NCBI GenBank assembly: GCA_009787405.1
Contig: WRGA01000122.1
Coordinates: 6,863-70,862, forward strand
Direction: 5' to 3'
From: Candidatus Azobacteroides sp.
Lineage (GTDB): Bacteria; Bacteroidota; Bacteroidia; Bacteroidales; WRGA01
Length of the DNA stretch: 64,000 bases
Positions 16,703 through 26,848 of the stretch are shown here, piece after piece (the first letter of the stretch is position 1; every line of letters starts with the position of its first letter). The position numbers were made by a program, and so were the translations under genes. The notes under the pieces are model-generated. The model had not been told where the DNA came from, did not search any database, and worked only from the letters and a program-made list of their open reading frames with translations.

Positions 16703-19700
16703 ATGAAGAAGAATATTTTTAAATCGTATCGGGCAGTCAATAGAAGTATAATTAACTTGAGAACAATATTTACAGTTCCGTTGCTGTTTTGCAGTTGGAT
16801 GGTGTCAGGGCAATCCATCGAATTGCCGAAAAACATTCAAACTCCCGATGCGGCCTCACTGGGAAAGTATGGCGATGTACCCGTGAGTTTATACACCGGC
16901 AGCCCGGTGATCAGTATCCCGCTGCATTCCATGAATGAAAGAGGAGTGCAGTTGGACATTGCTTTAAATTACGATGCATCCGGCGTCAGAGTGAACGACA
17001 TTCCGGGTTGGGTGGGGCAAAACTGGTCGCTTAGTTGCGGCGGGATTGTTACCCGGACAGTAAAAGGGGCTTGTCCGGATGAAATGGATTGGAGAAACGC
17101 AAAAAATTCTTCGAATGCCGCAACTCCCGGCTATTATTACAATTATAATACGCTTAATACATCTAATTGGAGTACCGAAAACAAATTGAAACAAATAGTA
17201 GAAAGCGTTTGGGGTTCATCGACGCTAAGTTATCTGACAGATTTAGAACCGGATATTTTCACTTTTAATTTTATGGGAATGACGGGAAAATTTTTTCTGG
17301 GTCAAGACGGGAAGTGGAAAGTGCAATCGGAAAGTAATTTAAAAGTGGAGATCAACATGGCTGACAATGTGTATCCCATGGGATTTGAAAAAGTCGGCAG
17401 AGATATAATGGGATGGAAATATCCCAAAGTGATCGGAAAAATAAAGATTACGGACGATAAAGGAAATGCATACACGTTCGGAGGAACTCAAAATGCGATA
17501 GAATATACATTTCCCGATTTTTTTAATCAAACCTATTTCTATTCCGGGACCGGGACTATGGATGCCCATGCAATCATTGCCAATGCCTGGTACTTGACAG
17601 AGGTAAAAGATAAATACGGCAATGTTTTATATTCTTTGTCGTACACGCGGGGTGCGTATCAAGCAAATTTTTATCTTTCCTCGGGTGTGGTCGATTATAC
17701 AAAAGAAAACGGAGACGGGTTAGATCCTGCTTGTTACTCCCCTACTATAACGGAAAATGGACTCAGCGTAGCAGGTCAATTAACCGCTCCGTCTTATTTG
17801 AACGAAATTCAATCTGCTTCGGGCGAAAGAATTGGTTTGAATGCATATACATTTGGCAGAGAAGCATTAAAATACAAATTTGACGGTTTCCTAAGCACTA
17901 AATTTTGGGAAAATTATGGAAATATACCGGGAAATCAGTATACAGGAGTGTTTCAGGATAATTTTTGGTATGTTATTCATTCAAAGGACGGAAGCACACA
18001 ATTATACACTCCCAAAGGCAATATGACCGATGATTTTAAATATGTATTAAATCAGTTACAATGGTGGCGATTACAAGATATAAACATTTATCAAAACGAT
18101 TCATTACGGAACAAGATTACTTTTTTATATAATCCACACCCTAATAAAAGGTTGTTTTTAGATTCGATGTACATAAGTCAAGGTGACAGGAAATATAAAT
18201 TTGAATACTACAAAAAAGATAATATGCCTTATTTTCTTTCCGATTCTGTCGATTTAATGGGTTATTACAGAGGGGATAAATTCGGCAATTACAGGTATCC
18301 TGCCGATTTTCCGAATCACGCAACCACAAGAACTCCCGACAAAGAGTATGCACAGTACGGTATATTAAAGAAAATAACTTATCCGACCGGCGGTATTTCT
18401 GCTTTTGACTATGAGTTGCACGATTATTCTCAAAAAGTCTGCAATGAAACTACAAATTATAAATCATTGATAACCGATACCGGAACTATCAGCGGTTTGA
18501 GAATTAAACAGATAGCGCATAATGATATTAATGGAAATCGCATGGTAAAAAAATATTTCTATAAACGGAGTTCAGGTTCCAATGTTTCTTCGGGCATACT
18601 TTTATTTGAACCTGTATTTTTTTATCCGGTTTGGAAAACGAAAACATTGGCAAGTGCAACCTACCATGAAAAAGTATTCAATATAAATCCCATTATTCCG
18701 ATGTCCAATTTTTTGGGTACGCATATCGAATATTCCAATGTAATGGAACAAACCGAGGGAAATGGTTATACGGAATATAAATACTATAATTATAATGATG
18801 TTCCCGATGTAGGGTATGCAGGCACATTGTGTATAAATCACAGCCCTTTTGACTCTTATACCGGTTTCGGGTTCAAGCGAGGTAAAATAAAAGAACAATC
18901 GGTATATAATGAGTCTGCAACTTTAATGGAGCGAAAATCCTATCAATATCAAAGTAATAATAATTTAAAAGTGAGAGGGTTTGATTATACAATCATTCAA
19001 CCATGTCGTAATGCAAATACGATAATAGCGGGGAATGCCTATGAGATTTATTTTTCCGATAATTTATTAACACAGGAAACGGATGAGCGGTTCTTTAACG
19101 GAACTTCTGTGAGTACCGTAACCCGGTATGCCTATAAGACCGATAACACACAAACCGACAACTTCGGCGATATGTATCCGGATTCGGTAAAAACGGACTG
19201 TGGTACAATCAAGGAGTATTCTGTTTTTAAATATCCTTTCGATAATACATCCAATACCATGATGGCGACTTTGGCTGGCAAACGCATTAATCCGGTTGTT
19301 TCCAAATTGATTCAAAGAAACGGATACGGAACAAATACCATGCAGAATGTTATTGAAACAAAGATTGAATATAAAAACTTCACGATAAACAAATCGTCCA
19401 TACCTATGCCTTATGAAGAATGGAGTAGAACAGGAACCAATTCTTTTCAGAAAAATTTGACAGTTCTCAATTACGACAGTAGAAACGGAAATATATTGTC
19501 TTACAGTAAAAATGACGAATTGGTTACCAATATTGTATGGTCGTACAAAAACAAATATCCGGTGGCCGGAATAGACAATGCATCATTCGCGTTGGTAAAC
19601 AGTTTGATAAACACTGTCGAAAGTTTCGGCGATAAAACTACACTTGCACAAAGCGATGTCGATAAGTTAAACGACCTTCGTAAACAAAGTTCGCTTTCCG

Positions 19701-20392
19701 CCGCTCAGATAACCACTTATACATATCGTCCTTTAGTCGGTCTTTTATCAATAACCGACCCGCGAGGCGTAAAAACAACTTATGAATATGATGACTTCAC
19801 ACGATTGAAAAGTATTTACGACAACGAACAAAAACTATTGAACCGGTTTGAGTATGGTTATGATACCCGGGCAAAGTACTTCAATACCGGACAAAGTCAA
19901 ACCTTTACTCCCGATAATTGTACTTCGGATTGTATTGTCTACAAATATTCATACGTTATTCCCGAAAACACGTATGTGTCATTGATAAGTCAAGCCGATG
20001 CCGACCAACAAGCACTAAACGATGTTGTAAAAAACGGACAAAATGCAGCGAATCAATACGGATGCCTGAAAGTCAGCGGTTATATAACAAATGTAGAAGG
20101 AACCGGCACTATCGGAGGACTTTCGGTTACAAATCCGACGACTGTTCAAATAAATATGAATTTCAATTCGGGAGCAAATAGACCCTGGATTTCTGAATTT
20201 ATTAAAATCGGTCTTGTAAAGGGCAATTGGTTGCCGTCCATTGATAGAACTTCGTCAACACATGTCGCCAATTATGGCGAATGGGAAATAAAAATCGATA
20301 CGGCAGGGAATATTTATGCAAAAGCGGTAACAGGAACGCCGCCTCAGAACAACGTATCTATTTCTATTACGGTCCCATTTATTGCCAATTGA
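16703..20392 (+). CDS. large secreted protein: SpvB/TcB-N-like start, one YD-type repeat, Cys-containing C-terminal domain
   Basis: 1229 aa with a signal-like N-terminus. PDAASLGKYGDVPVSLYTGSPVISIPLHS...LDIALNYDASG...GWVGQNWSL..GGIVTRTVKGACPDE follows the pattern at the start of Tc-toxin B/RHS-type proteins. A YD-type repeat is DPRGVKTTYEYDDFTRLKSIYDNEQK. The tail contains SQADADQQALNDVVKNGQNAANQYGC. Confidence 0.85.
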   Translation: MKKNIFKSYRAVNRSIINLRTIFTVPLLFCSWMVSGQSIELPKNIQTPDAASLGKYGDVPVSLYTGSPVISIPLHSMNERGVQLDIALNYDASGVRVNDIPGWVGQNWSLSCGGIVTRTVKGACPDEMDWRNAKNSSNAATPGYYYNYNTLNTSNWSTENKLKQIVESVWGSSTLSYLTDLEPDIFTFNFMGMTGKFFLGQDGKWKVQSESNLKVEINMADNVYPMGFEKVGRDIMGWKYPKVIGKIKITDDKGNAYTFGGTQNAIEYTFPDFFNQTYFYSGTGTMDAHAIIANAWYLTEVKDKYGNVLYSLSYTRGAYQANFYLSSGVVDYTKENGDGLDPACYSPTITENGLSVAGQLTAPSYLNEIQSASGERIGLNAYTFGREALKYKFDGFLSTKFWENYGNIPGNQYTGVFQDNFWYVIHSKDGSTQLYTPKGNMTDDFKYVLNQLQWWRLQDINIYQNDSLRNKITFLYNPHPNKRLFLDSMYISQGDRKYKFEYYKKDNMPYFLSDSVDLMGYYRGDKFGNYRYPADFPNHATTRTPDKEYAQYGILKKITYPTGGISAFDYELHDYSQKVCNETTNYKSLITDTGTISGLRIKQIAHNDINGNRMVKKYFYKRSSGSNVSSGILLFEPVFFYPVWKTKTLASATYHEKVFNINPIIPMSNFLGTHIEYSNVMEQTEGNGYTEYKYYNYNDVPDVGYAGTLCINHSPFDSYTGFGFKRGKIKEQSVYNESATLMERKSYQYQSNNNLKVRGFDYTIIQPCRNANTIIAGNAYEIYFSDNLLTQETDERFFNGTSVSTVTRYAYKTDNTQTDNFGDMYPDSVKTDCGTIKEYSVFKYPFDNTSNTMMATLAGKRINPVVSKLIQRNGYGTNTMQNVIETKIEYKNFTINKSSIPMPYEEWSRTGTNSFQKNLTVLNYDSRNGNILSYSKNDELVTNIVWSYKNKYPVAGIDNASFALVNSLINTVESFGDKTTLAQSDVDKLNDLRKQSSLSAAQITTYTYRPLVGLLSITDPRGVKTTYEYDDFTRLKSIYDNEQKLLNRFEYGYDTRAKYFNTGQSQTFTPDNCTSDCIVYKYSYVIPENTYVSLISQADADQQALNDVVKNGQNAANQYGCLKVSGYITNVEGTGTIGGLSVTNPTTVQINMNFNSGANRPWISEFIKIGLVKGNWLPSIDRTSSTHVANYGEWEIKIDTAGNIYAKAVTGTPPQNNVSISITVPFIAN

Positions 20393-20524
20393 CAGTGTTT
20401 GCCTTGAAAACATTTTTACCGGAACGGTTTTTTGGTGTAATTTTGTGTTTTTTGCGTATCTGTTTTGATTATAATCTCATAACCCCAAATTACATACACA
20501 CAGCAAATAACCGATTTTATTGTT

Positions 20525-20830
20525 ATGAGCGATCAACGATATAACCTGCGGGGGATCGGCATCGGAAGAAGATGTCCATCATGCCATCAAAAACATGGAT
20601 AATGGAATTTTTCCGAAAGTATTTTGTAAAATCATGCCCGATATTTTGGGCGGCGATCCCGAATAGTGCAACATCATGCATGCCGCCGGCGTCGGAACAA
20701 AATCGTCGCCGGCGGGTAACCGTGTCCAAAGCATTTATGACAGCGAAGCGGGCGGCAACTGCCTGTACGGTTCTTTACTATACACCGTTTACCGTTTTTA
20801 GTCAATCAGGAGTGATTTTTTTTATATAAA
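20525..20830 (+). pseudogene. degraded 5' fragment of an AIR-synthase-related (PurM-like) gene
   Basis: MSDQRYNLRG is followed by a frameshift, then SASEEDVHHAIKNMDNGIFPKVFCKIMPDILGGDPE*CNIMHAAGVGTKSS. From memory this matches the N-terminus of Bacteroidota AIR-synthase-related proteins. There is one frameshift and one in-frame stop, and the similarity is then lost. Confidence 0.45.
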
Positions 20831-20940
20831 ATGGATTAAAAATCCCGCGTCAGTATTTTCGTTTCAAAAATAAAAAAGTAATTTTGTCGTTTATTGGTTC
20901 CGGATCGTTCAGGAAAAGTAATTATGGCTAAAGATGAAGT

Positions 20941-22161
20941 ATGTCTAAGGTTGATATTCAACAAGTTAAGCAACGTTTTGGCATTGTCGGAAATTCTCCC
21001 GGATTGAACCGGGCGATCGATATTGCTCTTCAAATCGCTCCGACCGATATTTCGGCGTTGATTACCGGAGAAAGCGGGGTCGGGAAAGAGTATTTTCCGC
21101 AAATTATTCATTATTACAGCCGGAGAAAGCACGGACAGTATATTGCCGTGAATTGCGGCGCCATTCCGGAAGGAACGATCGATTCCGAACTTTTCGGGCA
21201 CGAAAAGGGGTCTTTTACCGGCGCTTTGTCCGAGCGGAAAGGATATTTTGAAGTTGCCGACGGAGGAACCATTTTTTTGGATGAAGTCGGTGAATTGCCG
21301 ATGTCGACGCAGGCTCGATTATTAAGGATTTTGGAAACGGGCGAATTTATTAAAGTCGGTTCTTCGAAAGTACAAAAAACGAATGTCAGGATTGTCGCCG
21401 CAACGAATTTGAATGTCCGGCAGGCAATTGCCGACGGTCGTTTCAGAGAGGATTTATATTACCGTTTAAATACAGTCGGGATTCATATTCCGCCGTTGAG
21501 GGAAAGAACGGAAGATATTTTGTTGCTGTTCCGCAAATTTGCCGGAGATTTTGCCGAAAAATACCGGATGCCGGCTGTCCGGTTGACCGAAGATGCCCAA
21601 AAAGTGTTGACCGTCTATTATTGGCCCGGCAACATTCGTCAATTAAGAAACGTAACGGAACAGATATCAGTCATAGAAACCGATCGGGAAGTCTCCGGGG
21701 AAATGTTGAAACAGTATCTTCCCGAAGATAAAGTGGAGAAACTTCCTGCCGTGTTCAAAGGAGATAAGGATCAGAACCGGACGTTCAGCAATGAACGGGA
21801 AATTCTTTATCAGGTTCTTTTTGATATGCGCAAGGAAATCAATGAATTGAAAGAGTTGTTTCATGGAATTGTTCGGGGAAACATGCCTCAAAATGTTTCC
21901 GACGAGTTTTATCCGGCAGAAGATCCACGGTTGAATCAGCCCGTACCCCAAGTGGTGGTCAATCATCCCGAAAAGCACGACATCATGGATGCCGATGTTT
22001 TTGAAGAAGAGGAAAACAAATCGTTGGAGGACGTCGAAAAAGAAATGATTCTCAAAGCGCTCGAACGCAACGGCGGAAGACGGAAAAATGCGGCCCGGGA
22101 TTTGAAGATATCCGAAAGGACGTTGTATCGGAAAATTAAAGAATATAAATTGGAGGAGTGA
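20941..22161 (+). CDS. sigma-54-dependent transcriptional activator (AAA+ plus Fis-type HTH, no receiver domain)
   Basis: Walker A is GESGVGKE. Other motifs are GAFTGA-like GSFTGA, ELFGHEKG and RFREDLYYRL. The C-terminal HTH is AARDLKISERTLYRKIKEY. Confidence 0.9.
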   Translation: MSKVDIQQVKQRFGIVGNSPGLNRAIDIALQIAPTDISALITGESGVGKEYFPQIIHYYSRRKHGQYIAVNCGAIPEGTIDSELFGHEKGSFTGALSERKGYFEVADGGTIFLDEVGELPMSTQARLLRILETGEFIKVGSSKVQKTNVRIVAATNLNVRQAIADGRFREDLYYRLNTVGIHIPPLRERTEDILLLFRKFAGDFAEKYRMPAVRLTEDAQKVLTVYYWPGNIRQLRNVTEQISVIETDREVSGEMLKQYLPEDKVEKLPAVFKGDKDQNRTFSNEREILYQVLFDMRKEINELKELFHGIVRGNMPQNVSDEFYPAEDPRLNQPVPQVVVNHPEKHDIMDADVFEEEENKSLEDVEKEMILKALERNGGRRKNAARDLKISERTLYRKIKEYKLEE

Positions 22162-22171
22162 GGAGAATGTA

Positions 22172-22681
22172 ATGAAGAATATCCGGGTGGTCTGTCTCTT
22201 GTGTTTATTGCTCGTCTTTTTTGATTGCAGTGTTTCGTATAAATTTACCGGAACGTCTATCAATTATGACAAGGTGAAAACAATATCGATCAGGGATTTC
22301 ACCAATCAGGCGGATTTGATTTACGCACCATTGGAATATAAATTTAACGAAACGTTGAGAAATGCTTATATCCGGCAGACTAAATTAAGATTTATACCTC
22401 AAAACGGTGATTTGCATTTGGAAGGAGAAATTGTGGGATATGATGTGTCCTCTTTGGGAGTGAGAGACAATAACTTTGCGGCGACATCCAAGCTGACGAT
22501 GACAGTTCGTGTCCGTTACACCAATAATACGAACCATAACGAGGATTTTGAACAGACGTTTTCCACAAGCGAAACATTTGACAGCAGTGTGATGTTATCG
22601 TCTGTGGAATCTGACTTGACGGATAAAATGACAAAAGACCTGGTGGATATGATTTTTAATGCAACCGTTGCCAATTGGTAA
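22172..22681 (+). CDS. LptE-like outer-membrane lipoprotein
   Basis: 169 aa with a lipoprotein signal (LLCLLLVFFDCS). The size, the position between the sigma-54 activator and secG, and the pattern CSVSYKFTGTSI...GDLHLEGEIVGY match Bacteroidota LptE-family proteins as I recall them. Confidence 0.55.
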   Translation: MKNIRVVCLLCLLLVFFDCSVSYKFTGTSINYDKVKTISIRDFTNQADLIYAPLEYKFNETLRNAYIRQTKLRFIPQNGDLHLEGEIVGYDVSSLGVRDNNFAATSKLTMTVRVRYTNNTNHNEDFEQTFSTSETFDSSVMLSSVESDLTDKMTKDLVDMIFNATVANW

Positions 22682-22768
22682 GGAGAGAAATCGAGAGTCG
22701 AATATCTAGAATCAAGAGGAAGAAAACAGGTCTTGGCTTTGAACAACAGCCTACTAAATTCACGGAGT

Positions 22769-23575
22769 ATGATATATAAGGAAATACACGCTTTGATGAC
22801 GAACCCTGTTTTATTGAACAGGGATACTTTATCGGATTTGGATACCTTGGTGAAAATATATCCGTATTTTCAGACCGGAAGGATATTGCATCTGAAAAAC
22901 CTGCAAACGGTGAATGATACACGCTTTTCTCAGGAGTTGAGAACGACGGCGCTGTATGTCGGAGACCGAAGCCGGTTGTTTCATTATATCGAGGGAGAAC
23001 CGTTGAAGCCGGGAAAAGAAGTTTCGGTTGTTGAAAATACCGTTGATTTGGCCGGACGAACGGTTGCATTGATTGATGCTTTTTTGTCCGGAAAAGAAGA
23101 TATACCCGACCGGATTGAAGAAGAAATTGATCATCCGTTGGCAGCGGCAGATATTTCGTTGCCCAAAAAAATGCTTGCATCGTATGATTATTTATCGTTT
23201 TTATTGAGCTCTCACGAGAAAGACGAAAAAACCGAACAAACAGAACAAATCGAATCCGCAAATGAAGATGTGCGTTTACGGCATCAGGAACTGATTGATA
23301 ATTTTATCTCCGAAAATGAAGAAGGCGGGAAAATCCACATCAAGGCACATCCGGAAATCGATGATATAAAAAATCCTGTGAATCAGCGGGATAAGGAGGA
23401 AAAAGAAGAATTTTTTTCGGAAACGCTGGCTAAAATTTACGTTAAGCAAAAGCGTTACGAAAAGGGGCTCGACATTATTCGAAAATTATATTTGAAATAT
23501 CCGGAAAAAAACATTTACTTTGCAGATCAAATACGATTTTTGGAGTTATTGATTGCTAATACAAAAACACTATAA
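22769..23575 (+). CDS. conserved hypothetical protein
   Basis: The listed ORF starts at 22733 with TTG. The first ATG is at 22769 (MIYKEIHALM...). The protein has an acidic middle region and no recognisable motif. Confidence 0.6.
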   Translation: MIYKEIHALMTNPVLLNRDTLSDLDTLVKIYPYFQTGRILHLKNLQTVNDTRFSQELRTTALYVGDRSRLFHYIEGEPLKPGKEVSVVENTVDLAGRTVALIDAFLSGKEDIPDRIEEEIDHPLAAADISLPKKMLASYDYLSFLLSSHEKDEKTEQTEQIESANEDVRLRHQELIDNFISENEEGGKIHIKAHPEIDDIKNPVNQRDKEEKEEFFSETLAKIYVKQKRYEKGLDIIRKLYLKYPEKNIYFADQIRFLELLIANTKTL

Positions 23576-23578
23576 AAA

Positions 23579-23953
23579 ATGTACCTGTTTATATCTATCT
23601 TAATTTTATTGGCGGCCGTCCTTTTGATCATGATTGTGTTGGTTCAAAATTCAAAAGGAGGAGGATTGGCTTCCGGATTTTCTTCTTCGAATCAGATTAT
23701 GGGAGTACGAAAAACAACCGATTTTCTGGAAAAAGCAACGTGGTCGTTGGCGGGGGCCGTTATTGTACTGAGTATCATTTGTGCCGGGTTGGCTGCTTCC
23801 GCTCAGGAACTGACCGTCAGGGAACCCAAGGTTGAGCCTCAACAACAAGAAGCCGTGAAAGTGGATCCGAATTTAAATTCCCCGAATTTGACAAATCCCG
23901 CGGAACAACAATCACAGCCGCAACCGCAACAACCTGCGGCTCCGAAAAAATAA
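23579..23953 (+). CDS. secG: preprotein translocase subunit SecG
   Basis: MYLFISILILLAAVLLIMIVLVQNSKGGGLASGFSSSNQIMG is the typical SecG TM1 plus Gly-rich loop. A second TM segment and a Q/P-rich tail follow. Confidence 0.85.
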   Translation: MYLFISILILLAAVLLIMIVLVQNSKGGGLASGFSSSNQIMGVRKTTDFLEKATWSLAGAVIVLSIICAGLAASAQELTVREPKVEPQQQEAVKVDPNLNSPNLTNPAEQQSQPQPQQPAAPKK

Positions 23954-23995
23954 AAACGAGATTATTTTATACGATAAGTGTGTCGCAAAAAATAA

Positions 23996-24073
23996 TTTAT
24001 ATTTTAAACGGAAAGACGCGGAGTTTAAAAGCTTTGTGCGTTTGCATTCTTTGTGTTTTAAAACAGTATAAAT
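23996..24073. repeat. REP-like palindromic intergenic element, copy 2
   Basis: tttatattttaaac...aagacgcggag...ctttgtgcgtttgc...gttttaaaacagtataaa has the same architecture as 877-961. Confidence 0.55.
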
Positions 24074-24097
24074 AAAATTCTGCCATATATATTACTT

Positions 24098-24138
24098 AGA
24101 ATAAGCTGTTCAGTAATTTGAGCAGCTTATTCTATTTT
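24098..24138 (+). terminator. rho-independent terminator candidate after secG
   Basis: An 11-bp stem (agaataagctg / cagcttattct) is followed by atttt. Confidence 0.55.
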
Positions 24139-24196
24139 CAGGAAAAAACCGGTTCTTTTTTTAGACTCACCCACAAAAGTTGTGGGGTTAAAATTA

Positions 24197-24334
24197 AATG
24201 ATTTATCGGATGCTATACCCGGCTATCCCTCGCAGCCGGAATGTAAAAAACAGGTCAATGTTTCAAAAAAACATTCGTTCTTTTTTATTCCGTCAGGGAC
24301 GTTATATAGGTAAGTGCAACATTCGATAATCATT
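24197..24334. mobile_element. foldback MITE-like element, internally deleted copy A1
   Basis: The termini are aatgatttatcggatgc... and ...gcaacattcgataatcatt. The interior is a short version of the family. Confidence 0.65.
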
Positions 24335-24344
24335 TAAAATTATT

Positions 24345-24514
24345 AATGATTATCGGATGTTATGCCCGGCTCTCCTCACCTGCGGGGGTGTAAAAAATGT
24401 TGTTTTCCGTCCCGCCGGGGACAACATTTTTTAGAACATAATTTTTAAAAAACGAACATTACATTTTTATACCCCACCTGCCGGAAGAGCCGGACATAAC
24501 ATCCGATAATCATT
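24345..24514. mobile_element. foldback MITE-like element, short copy A2
   Basis: The arms aatgattatcggatgttatgcccggctctcc and ggaagagccggacataacatccgataatcatt are near-perfect inverted repeats. The interior contains the gtcccgccggggac hairpin. Confidence 0.7.
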
Positions 24515-24971
24515 TTTAATTAAAAACGATAGAAGTTCAATACAACAACCTTGATATGCACTTTGTGTTTACAACACAGGATAGATTTCCCCGCATTGCC
24601 GAAATTCATCGTGAACGCATTGAAAAATAAGGGAATAAGGGTAGAAATTAGATTTATTCCCGGTCCTGCTAAGGGTACTTTTGAAAATAAGGGTTAAAAA
24701 TGAAAATGAGTGCTAACCCCCACAACTTTTGCGGGTGAACCTTTTTTTGAGAACAAATATTAACCGGCATAAGCATATTCAATCAGTTTTTTTTGTACCT
24801 TTGACGTGCGAAAAAAGACTTGTTTTTTCGATGTTTTCCGGATTTACGATCCGAAAAAAGCAGCCGTCCGGTTGTTTTTTAGAGGTAAAAGCCAATCTTC
24901 CTTTTGTCTCGCTCTTGAAAAAATTATAATAGAATCATATTTAATTCATTTTTTTCAAATTATTAAACACA

Positions 24972-26756
24972 ATGACAAACAATCAAAAATTAAACCGGTG
25001 GGTAAAAGAGTGGGCTGAATGGTGTCAAGCCGACAAAGTATACTGGTGTGACGGTTCTGAAGAAGAAAATCAACGCCTGTTGAGTGAAATGGTGGCAAGC
25101 GGAATGGGAGTCAAACTGGATGAGAAAAAACGTCCCGGTTCGTACTATTTCCAATCAGATCCCAGCGATGTTGCCCGTGTGGAAAACCGTACGTTTATCT
25201 GTTCCAAAACCCAAGAAGAAGCGGGTCCCACCAACAATTGGGCCGATCCCGTTGAAATGAGGGCTACGATGCGCAAATTGTACAAAGGCTGTATGAAAGG
25301 CCGTACCATGTACGTTATTCCTTTCAGTATGGGGCCGTTAGGCTCTAACATTGCCGAAATCGGCGTCGAAATCAGCGACTCTCCTTATGTTGTCGTAAAT
25401 ATGGGGATCATGACCCGCATGGGTAAAAAAGTTCTCGATGTTTTGGGCGACGGCGATTTTGTTCCGTGCATTCACTCTGTAGGCGCTCCGCTTCAACCGG
25501 GACAAAAAGACGTGAAATGGCCTTGCGCTCCCATTGAAAGCAAATACATCACTCATTTTCCCGAAACAAAAGAAATCTGGTCATTCGGCTCAGGTTACGG
25601 CGGTAATGCTTTGTTGGGGAAAAAATGTCTGGCGTTGCGTATTGCTTCCGTGATGGCGAAGGAAAACGGTTGGTTGGCCGAACACATGCTTATTTTGGGG
25701 ATCACCAACCCGAAAGGCGAAAAGAAGTATATTGCCGCTGCATTTCCCAGCGCTTGCGGAAAAACGAATTTGGCCATGTTGATTCCTTCCATTCCGGGCT
25801 GGAAAGTGGAAACCGTGGGAGATGATATCGCGTGGATGAAATTCGGCGCCGGCGGTCGTTTATATGCCATCAATCCCGAAGCCGGATTTTTCGGTGTGGC
25901 TCCGTTCACCTCGATGGATACCAACCCCAACGCTATGTTGAGCTGCCGTGCAAATACGATCTTCACCAATGTGGGATTGACTCCCGACGGTGATGTGTGG
26001 TGGGAAGGCATCGGCTATGACATGCCGGAAGGAACCATCAACTGGAAAGGTAAGATTCATGATCCGAAAAGCGAAGAGCCTTGCGCACATCCTAATTCCC
26101 GTTTCACTGCTCCCGCCTGCCAATGTCCGGCAATCGATAAAAATTGGGAAGATCCCGTAGGTGTTCCGATTTCGGCCATCCTTTTCGGAGGTCGTCGTCC
26201 GACCACCGTTCCGCTGGTAATCGAAGCTGCAAATTGGAACAACGGCGTATTCATGGGTTCTATCGTAGGTTCGGAAGTAACCGCCGCCGCCATCGGTTTG
26301 AAAGCCGGTGTTCGTCGCGACCCGTTCGCTATGTTGCCTTTCTGCGGGTACAACATGGGCGACTATTTCGCACATTGGATTTCAATCGGTAAAAAAGCCG
26401 GAGCCGACTTGCCTAAAATATTTTTCGTAAACTGGTTCCGTAAAGAAAACGGTAAATTCTTGTGGCCGGGTTACGGCGAAAACAGCCGCGTATTGGCTTA
26501 CATTTTCGATCGTTGCAACGGCGAAGGCGAAACTGTGGATACCGCCATCGGTAAAGTTCCTGCTCCCACAGCCATCAACATCGACGGGTTGAGAGACATG
26601 TCCGTTGAAAAAATGGAAAAAGTGTTGAAGGTTGACAACAACGAATGGAAAGATGAAGTGGCGTTGATCGATCAACATTACGCAATCTTCGGAAATCATT
26701 TGCCGGTAGAATTAACTGAAGAGTTAGCCGGTTTGAAGAAAAAATTGGGTATATAA
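24972..26756 (+). CDS. pckG: phosphoenolpyruvate carboxykinase (GTP-dependent type)
   Basis: 594 aa. It carries the kinase-1a/P-loop [13 protein letters not shown] and the typical GTP-PEPCK blocks ([31 protein letters not shown]). Confidence 0.92.
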   Translation: MTNNQKLNRWVKEWAEWCQADKVYWCDGSEEENQRLLSEMVASGMGVKLDEKKRPGSYYFQSDPSDVARVENRTFICSKTQEEAGPTNNWADPVEMRATMRKLYKGCMKGRTMYVIPFSMGPLGSNIAEIGVEISDSPYVVVNMGIMTRMGKKVLDVLGDGDFVPCIHSVGAPLQPGQKDVKWPCAPIESKYITHFPETKEIWSFGSGYGGNALLGKKCLALRIASVMAKENGWLAEHMLILGITNPKGEKKYIAAAFPSACGKTNLAMLIPSIPGWKVETVGDDIAWMKFGAGGRLYAINPEAGFFGVAPFTSMDTNPNAMLSCRANTIFTNVGLTPDGDVWWEGIGYDMPEGTINWKGKIHDPKSEEPCAHPNSRFTAPACQCPAIDKNWEDPVGVPISAILFGGRRPTTVPLVIEAANWNNGVFMGSIVGSEVTAAAIGLKAGVRRDPFAMLPFCGYNMGDYFAHWISIGKKAGADLPKIFFVNWFRKENGKFLWPGYGENSRVLAYIFDRCNGEGETVDTAIGKVPAPTAINIDGLRDMSVEKMEKVLKVDNNEWKDEVALIDQHYAIFGNHLPVELTEELAGLKKKLGI

Positions 26757-26767
26757 TCCGGATATTA

Positions 26768-26838
26768 AATTTTCCGGAAATAAAAAAAACCGGTTTGGCA
26801 TGATGCCAAACCGGTTTTTTTTATTTCCGGAAAATTTA
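26768..26838. terminator. bidirectional terminator between convergent genes
   Basis: Nested palindrome with core aaccggtttggca-tga-tgccaaaccggtt (26788-26816), flanked by an A-run and a T-run. Confidence 0.8.
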
Positions 26839-26848
26839 AATACAAACA

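Larger units (their letters stand above)
24167..24737. mobile_element. composite non-autonomous element bounded by ~24-bp inverted repeats, with two MITE copies nested inside
   Basis: The left end is tcacccacaaaagttgtggggtta (24167-24190). The right end is taacccccacaacttttgcgggtga (24713-24737), its near-perfect reverse complement. A 72-bp mini version lies at 56387-56458. Confidence 0.5.

Noticed and set aside
21667-23261. Long minus-strand ORFs 21667..22263 (198 aa) and 22656..23261 (201 aa)
   Set aside because: They are antisense to the sigma-54 activator/LptE-like gene and to the 22769..23575 gene. They have no motifs and an odd composition.
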